Below are positions 58,601-64,000 of a DNA stretch of 64,000 bases, piece by piece. The stretch's first letter is position 1. Every line of letters begins with the position of its first letter. Position numbers and translations under genes: made by a program. The notes beneath the pieces are model-generated. The model was not told where the DNA came from, ran no database searches, and saw only the letters and a list, made by a program, of their open reading frames with translations. The DNA is from Azolla caroliniana (Eukaryota; Plantae; Polypodiophyta), in the NCBI GenBank assembly GCA_043228905.1, contig JBHGNT010000011.1, positions 9,176,001 through 9,240,000 on the forward strand. Reading direction: 5' to 3'.

Positions 58601-60990
58601 TTCGAGCGACAGTACTCCTGGAACTGCCCCCGGTATTCCCCTCCGTTATCCGCTCGTATCGCTTTCAGCTTCTTGCCGGATTCCCTTTCCACTCTCGCGT
58701 GGAGTTCTTTGAAGACGGACAACACTTGGTCCTTTGTCTTCATCGGTGCCGTCCACAGTCTTCGGCTATGATCATCTATGAAAGTTACGAAGTACTGGGC
58801 TCCGCCATGTGACTTCGTTTCTACCTGACACACATCGGTGTGCACCAACTCCAATGGTGCGCTACGTCTCGTCGGTGGCCTTGAGTGGAAGGAGGTTCGG
58901 TTCTGCTTACCGGCCAGGGAATCGGTGCACTTCTCCAGGTGCACATGCTTCACTGGAATAAGGTTGTCTTCTGCAAGCCTCTTCATCCCCTTCTCACTCA
59001 TGTGGCACAGTCTTTTGTGCCACAGCTCACCGGCAGTGTCGGCTGCCACATTCAGCTCTTCCGGACATAACCGGGCATTCATCAGGTACAGTGTGTTGTC
59101 TTTCCGGGCCCGAGCCACTATCAGGCTCCCCTTGCTGAACTTCATTACGCCGTTCTGGATGCTACCCGTGTAGCCTTCATCATCTAGCCTCCCGGCCGAA
59201 ATCAGGTTCAGTCGGACCTCCGGAACGTGTCGGACATTCTTCAGCAGCATTTTACATCCGGTCGGGGTTGTCAACCACACATCTCCTATGCCGGCAATTC
59301 GGCACGTACCTTCGTTTCCCATCCGAACACAGCCATGCTCACCGGCTGTGTAGGATGAGAAGTATCTTCTCTCCGGGGTCAGGTGGAACGATGCTCCGGA
59401 ATCGACCACCCAGGTCGTCTCATCGCCGGCAATGTTTAGTTCACCTTCTTCGGTGATGAGCATGATTTCTTCCTCACTTGCCGCGAGTGCCGTTGTTCCT
59501 TTCCGGTCCTGCCCTCGCCGATCCGAACCTCTCCGGTCCGTGGCTCCCCGGTATGCACCGTTTCTCTCCGGTGACTTCTTCGAATCGGTGTCGTCGGCTC
59601 CGTTGTCTTTTCGGTAATGCCGACAATTCTTTCGGAAGTGCCCCGGCTTCCCACAGTGGAAGCATGTGGGCCTTCCTCTTGACCGCGACCGGGTCCCCGA
59701 CTTCTCTCGTCTTTGCGGACTCCGGTTCCATTGTCTTCCCCGATCCGATTCGGTAAGCAGCGCCTTCGAGTCGGAGGCCGGTTCTTTATCTCTCCGACGC
59801 GCTTCTTCGTTCAAAATACTTGTCTTTACCGTTTGTAAGGACAGGTTGTCTTCGGTGCAGGAGGTGCTGAGAGTCACCACCAAGTTCTCCCAGCTATCCG
59901 GCAATGTACACATCAGGATGATGGCTTGCATTGCATCCTCCAACGGGAACTTGATCGCCGCAAGCTGATTCACGAATCCCATGAACGTGCTTACGTGTTC
60001 CACCATACTCTCGCCGTCCCGGTACTTGAGATTTACTATCTTCCTCATCAGGGAGGTCCGGTTCAGCGCATTCTTCCTCTCGTAGAGGCCCGACAGCTTC
60101 TTCCACATCTCATATGCGTTGGTGTCGTTCGCCACATGTTGTAGGACGCTTACATCGACATATTGTCGGATCGTCGCTACGGCTTTCCGGTTCAGGAGCT
60201 TCCACTCCGACTCAAGTACCCCTTTCGGTATTTCCGACCTGTCAATCGGTTCATACAGGTCCCGAACGATCAGAAGGTCCTCCATCTTGATCTTCCAATC
60301 GGCGTAATTCTGCGCGTTCAGCACCATCATCCCCGGCTGCCCGCTGCCGCCGCCTTCCATTTTCTGCAACAGTCGCTCTGATACCAGATTGTTGGGAATC
60401 ACCGCTTGGATTCACCTTCGTCGCTCGGCCACAACCGAGTAATCGCGGATCAATGGAGCAGAAAATAGGAACCAAAAGAAGAAATACACGAGACGCGTTT
60501 ACACAGGGATTAACGTGGAAAACCCTAGATGGGAAAAACCACGGGAGTACGAGACTCCAAACCAACACTATACAGAGAAGTATACAATGGCGAGCTGCAA
60601 GGCGACGACCTTGAGCTCGCTGTCCTCGCCACAGGCGGCGGAAATACACAGAGGCGTCTACCTCTTCCTCTCTCGTGCTCTATCTCTCTCTCTCTCTCTC
60701 TCTCACGGCTGCTTTCTCTCTTCACTCCTCTAAAAAAGTGGAAAAACAGAAAAAGATCAGCAACTATAAAACTGTTTGCCCTAAGTCATATTTATACTTA
60801 TATGACTTTGGGCTATTTACAACTGTAGCCTCAGGGGCCCATAGCGAACATATTCACGGATATGTCCCTGCATCCGGATCGCTCTCCGGGTACATTCGTC
60901 ATCCGGTGCCGAAACCGGGGTCTTCGTCATCCGGATCCGAAACCGAAACCGGATCCGACCATCCCATCCGAAGGGACCGTAATCCCAACA
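55673..60990 (-). mobile_element. Intact, very young Ty1/Copia element E (Tork/Tto1-like)
   Basis: LTRs 55673-56273 and 60390-60990 (601 bp, one substitution seen), TSD TTCCG. PBS TGGTATCAGAGC (tRNA-iMet) at 60386-60375, PPT adjacent to 56274. Single uninterrupted ORF. Confidence 0.98.
56284..60360 (-). CDS. Copia Gag-Pol polyprotein (about 1358 aa)
   Basis: ATG at 60360 (MEGGGSGQPG). CFHCGKPGHFRKNC knuckle, PR WVVDSGAS, INT HTD...ADNGGEY...GLAER, RT YVDD, RNase H FTDSD/TEAE/YCDSQ/GSDMLTK. Confidence 0.96.
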   Translation of the reverse strand: MEGGGSGQPGMMVLNAQNYADWKIKMEDLLIVRDLYEPIDRSEIPKGVLESEWKLLNRKAVATIRQYVDVSVLQHVANDTNAYEMWKKLSGLYERKNALNRTSLMRKIVNLKYRDGESMVEHVSTFMGFVNQLAAIKFPLEDAMQAIILMCTLPDSWENLVVTLSTSCTEDNLSLQTVKTSILNEEARRRDKEPASDSKALLTESDRGRQWNRSPQRREKSGTRSRSRGRPTCFHCGKPGHFRKNCRHYRKDNGADDTDSKKSPERNGAYRGATDRRGSDRRGQDRKGTTALAASEEEIMLITEEGELNIAGDETTWVVDSGASFHLTPERRYFSSYTAGEHGCVRMGNEGTCRIAGIGDVWLTTPTGCKMLLKNVRHVPEVRLNLISAGRLDDEGYTGSIQNGVMKFSKGSLIVARARKDNTLYLMNARLCPEELNVAADTAGELWHKRLCHMSEKGMKRLAEDNLIPVKHVHLEKCTDSLAGKQNRTSFHSRPPTRRSAPLELVHTDVCQVETKSHGGAQYFVTFIDDHSRRLWTAPMKTKDQVLSVFKELHARVERESGKKLKAIRADNGGEYRGQFQEYCRSKGIRLEFTVPKTPELNGLAERMNRTIMERVRSMLAHAKLPKGFWAEAMSTATYVINRSPSVPLDGDTPQRVWTGREVSYRHLKVFGCLAYVHVAKDRRGKLDPKTRPCIFLGYGDDEFGYRVWDPVDKKIFRSRDIIFMENKTLADWESEKKMKSSKSTGEDQLYGEQSRPARDRLALEDPAEDGEETEPAEEDENDTGTGPDPEMDSDEEEESEEPVTEAPERRYPLRERRAPRRFPEPEHVLLTDEGEPESFEEAKHDTQSRRWLSAMQDEMDSLHENHTYELVELPKGKRALRNKWVFKLKPGDAGNPPRYKARIVVKGFQQKKGVDFDEIFAPVVKMTSIRTVLSIAASMDLEVEQMDVKTAFLHGDLEEEIYMQQPEGFEKKGKEHLVCRLKKSLYGLKQAPRQWYRKFDSFMTDEGYLKTQSDHCVFVKKFEGGDFLILLLYVDDMLIVGRDQVKIRMLKKALHRTFSMKDLGPGRQILGMHIIRDRKKKQLWLSQEKYVTKVLHRFNMSEARPVGSTLPANCKLSNKQSPKTKAEKEDMMKVPYASAVGSLMYAMVCTRPDIGYAVGVVSRYMSNPGKEHWNAAKWILRYLKGTANVCLRFGSGKPELDGFTDSDMSADADTSRSTSGYVMTYAGGAVSWQSRLQKTVALSTTEAEYMAAVEAGKEIIWMKDFIRELGIRQEEYRLYCDSQSAIHLAKNAAYHSRTKHIQRRYHWIRERIEDKEFVLTKIHTDENGSDMLTKVLTPDKLEACRKRIGLERHPMPK

Positions 60991-61871
60991 TTCCGGATTG
61001 GTTCCGGATTAACAACATACATGGATTGATTACACGCGTAAGATAAGACAATAAGCACAGAAAGAGAATGTGGCAAAGCTACTAAGTAGGTGCTTTGCAT
61101 GCCACCGTGCTATCGATCTTTCCAGTGTCATGCCGAACTCCGCAATCTTGGAATGTTCGGCTTCCACGTCCGTCAACCGCTGCAAAACATGATTAGCTTC
61201 CCATGTTTGCAAGAAGGCATACACGTGGGCTTCCGCGTCGGGGTCATCTCGGTACTTTGAGTATGGGTACGATATGATGTCTTCTTCAGAAGGTTGCACT
61301 AGGGAGTGGTGTCGGTATCTTATCGTCCTTTTCCTCGGCTTGGCGGTCTGGTGGTGGTGTTGTTCCGTGCTCTACCCTTCTCTCCGATTGTTGGTCTTAC
61401 TTTGTCTTGTGGGCCAGCGGTGTAGGTAATGTTGTTTCTGAATCTGGTGTTGGTTCGTGCTTCGAACCGTCTTCCTCCGGTTTGTCGGAGGTGTCGTGAC
61501 TGCTTCAATAGTTTGACTGCACAATGCGCTTGCCGTCTGATTCCGACTCGAAGGCGGAAAAGGACTCTGATTCACCGGCACTTGTGGTGAGGGCTTGCAA
61601 TATGGATTCTGCCTGCTGTAAACTGGTCAGGCTATTGCCTTCGTCGGTCTATTGTTAGTTCTGCAACCGGAGTGACTCCTCCGCAACCCTCTGAATCATT
61701 CTGGGAAAAGACTAGTCCTGACGGATCTCCTCAACTGCCTGCTAGTAGGCCTCCCACCTCCGCAGTCTCTCGGCTAGTCTTCTCGCTCGTTAAACGACTA
61801 GGTCATTTGTCAGTCTAGTCATCCATTCCCCAATGTTCGCTGCGCTCTGCAAGAATCGTGGTCGCCAATAC

Positions 61872-62343
61872 TGTGTTAATCCTGGGCAGGACTAGCTACT
61901 AACACAGGGTGTCCTTCCATATCACTTCACCAAAGGGGTGGTTACGGGGTTAATGCTTCCGACACAAATATCACTTTATCTGATAGGTTTCGAATCGGTT
62001 CCGGTTTAACAACCCACACAGATTGATTACACGCGTAAGATATGACAGTAAGCACAGAACGGAAAATAAGTAGATATACAATAATCTTAAAACCAACTTT
62101 ACTTATATGTATTAATTTCGTCCCTTAATACATCGTTCTTCGGATCCTTTTATAGGCATTTGGTACTGTTTACAAAACGCTGCAATCTCAGCAACCGGTT
62201 ACGAATCGGTCCGGATCTGGATCGGTGCAACTCTTCTGGATCCGTCCGTCCCTATTTTAATTCTTAATTAATACTAATAATTTAAGTTCTATGTCTGACC
62301 CATCCCCCACTTGTCTTTCATATTCCGGTCGTCGACTAACACA
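61872..62343 (-). repeat. 5' LTR of Gypsy remnant D
   Basis: TGTGTTA...TAACACA termini, PBS GTGGTCGCCA just to the left. Homologous to the LTR starting at 55552. Confidence 0.75.
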
Positions 62344-62492
62344 GACATACACTTCAATAGTCGCAACACCGCCAACTAGAATAGACATACCCTTAACATA
62401 CTCTTTGTAACCTTGCTTTTTCATAATATAATCTCATTTCCATTTCTTGTCTTATCTCTCTCTCTCCTACTCACAAGTTACGATAGGAGCAT

Positions 62493-63255
62493 TTGAATAC
62501 CATGTGGAGACTAAAGAGGATGTTGTCGGTAAGACCAACGCTCCGAAAAGCTATTTACAAAAAGGAATCGCCGATTTTCGTAACAGTTGACATGAGTCCG
62601 ACCGGAATTGGGTGGGTGATCAACCAGGAGGATGAAGCCCAGAAGTTGTTTGTCATCTGGTTTGGTTTAAAAGTGTTAAGTGAGCGACAAAGAGTATATG
62701 CCCAAGTTAAGCGTGAACTATATGGGGTATCGTTTCGGCAGTTAAGGCCGACAAGGACTATCTGATCAAGACTAAAGTAATAATCGAGACAATTGCCTCC
62801 GGATTCTCAAGATGGTATACAGATATACGACTCCGAACCTGGCTATGCTCTGGTGGATTGCGTACATAGAGTTATGGCCCATCTCCGAAGAGGACAACGC
62901 CATGGCCGATATGTTATCGGGGGCACGGTACAACAATGAAGATAGCATGGTGTCGAAAGGAGAAGAAGTCGGAATAGACTTCTTCGAGTTGGCTCGGATG
63001 TTGGCTAATGGGCGAAGCACTCCGACCTTGCACATGTTCGATGACGACAAGTACGACGGGGAGTGGCTTTGAATCTATCGGTTCCTAAACGCAATGATAG
63101 CGGACGCACTGTGGACAAAAGAAGAGACGTGTTAGGTTCAAAAGAAAACATATTATATGGCATCATCTGAAGAAATAGATTGGCATACCACTCCGGGTGG
63201 TGATGTGGGAAGGAGACCAAATAGTGTTGATGTTGGGGTTTCACGAAAGCCCTTG
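62493..63255 (+). pseudogene. Degraded Gypsy pol fragment (RNase H region)
   Basis: PIFVTVDMSPTGIGWVINQ...KVLSERQRVYAQVKRELYG, later NAMADMLS. Confidence 0.65.
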
Positions 63256-63263
63256 GTTCAGAC

Positions 63264-64000
63264 CATAGATTGACATATTCGCATTCGTGGGCATTCCCAT
63301 TCGAATGCAAACGAGTACGAATAAGAATGGGAAGTCAAGTATTCGTGTTTTTTTTTTTTTTTGAGAAAAAGTGTATTCAAAGAGTATGAACAAAGAACGG
63401 TCTACAGGGAGCAGAGAATAGCTAAAACAGCGAACAGTGAACGACGAACAGCCTACAACGAGTAGTGAATCGTGATAGGTACCTTGAAGGCAGAAAATTA
63501 GGGTTCGGCTATGTCCTTGTCTCTTCTATGTGATGCCTAATTCTCACCTCCTCTTGCATCTTGTTCCCTAAAAATTAGGGTTTGGCTGAAATTGATGTTG
63601 ATGTCACTTTGAAATCAGTAAGTCTCTCTTCTCGATTCTCATCTATTTCTTCTTTATTCAAGCTTTTGTTCAGAAATTATGGTTGATGATTGAGATTACG
63701 TTTCCCTTGTATCTCATGTTGAATTTTTTTTATGTTACATCAGATTAATCTCTCCCAAAATCAGTGGAAGGTAATTAGCTTATTAACAAGGTGAAATTTC
63801 TGTTGATTATTGACACTTCCAGAGGTTAATTTACTAAAATGGTGAAGCAAAAGGCCTTTGAATGGGATCATGTGACCATTGTGCGAAAACCTGATAAGGG
63901 TATGCCCGTTGTTCAATGCAAACATTGCCAACATGTATTTGTTGGTGGCCCCTTCCGAATTAGAGCTCACCTATTGGGCACGAAAGGTTTCAGTGTTGAC
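63264..64000 (+). mobile_element. 5' end of a hAT-like transposon
   Basis: Cluster of ATTCG/CGAAT subterminal-like repeats at 63264-63350, followed by a BED-finger ORF. Confidence 0.55.
63839..64000 (+). CDS. BED zinc-finger N-terminus of a probable hAT transposase (runs off the window)
   Basis: MVKQKAFEWDHVTIVRKPDKGMPVVQCKHCQHVFVGGPFRIRAHLLGTKGFSVD, a W...CxxC...GG..RI..HL pattern. Not in the ORF track because there is no stop inside the window. Confidence 0.75.
   Translation, partial: MVKQKAFEWDHVTIVRKPDKGMPVVQCKHCQHVFVGGPFRIRAHLLGTKGFSVD

Larger units (their letters stand above)
29107..62343 (-). mobile_element. Non-chromovirus Gypsy remnant D in two tandem partial units (29107-29482, 55243-55672, 60996-62343), host of the nested stack
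   Basis: 29170-29482 plus 55243-55670 align by eye with 61280-61990. LTR TGTGTTA...TAACACA at 61872-62343, second partial LTR from 55552. PBS TGGCGACCAC (complementary to the 3' end of plant tRNA-Arg UCG) next to both LTRs. Confidence 0.7.

Noticed and set aside
56299-60381. Many + strand ORFs antisense to the Copia polyprotein
   Set aside because: Shadow ORFs of a GC-rich coding strand with no recognisable domains.
63495-63590. TAGGGTT motifs as telomeric repeats
   Set aside because: Only two isolated copies (telo-box-like), not an array.

Overview
Eukaryotic land-plant genomic DNA. The intron style, (GA)n/(CT)n tracts and a fungal-like chromovirus suggest a non-seed plant such as a fern or lycophyte (inference). 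There is one host gene, a 5-exon SEC62 (CDS 9608-17099, + strand, about 388 aa). Nearly everything else is transposable elements. These are two copies of a chromodomain-bearing Ty3/Gypsy family (1807-6212, 31932-37605), a degraded LINE, hAT remnants and a hAT MITE, and from about 21 kb to 63 kb a deeply nested LTR-retrotransposon stack up to six levels deep. The stack includes one intact, very young Copia element (55673-60990). The most notable signals are in the chromovirus family: a Tf1-style self-priming PBS with a compensatory base change between copies, a tRNA-like A-box/B-box module at the U3 end of all four LTRs, and a strongly enriched TAGTACTA palindrome. Also notable are an LTR family with 4-bp CpG-centred target sites, and a Copia group with an internal second PPT, a Pol C-terminal extension and a conserved hairpin around the terminal PPT. 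All coordinates were read by eye and no alignments or database searches were run.
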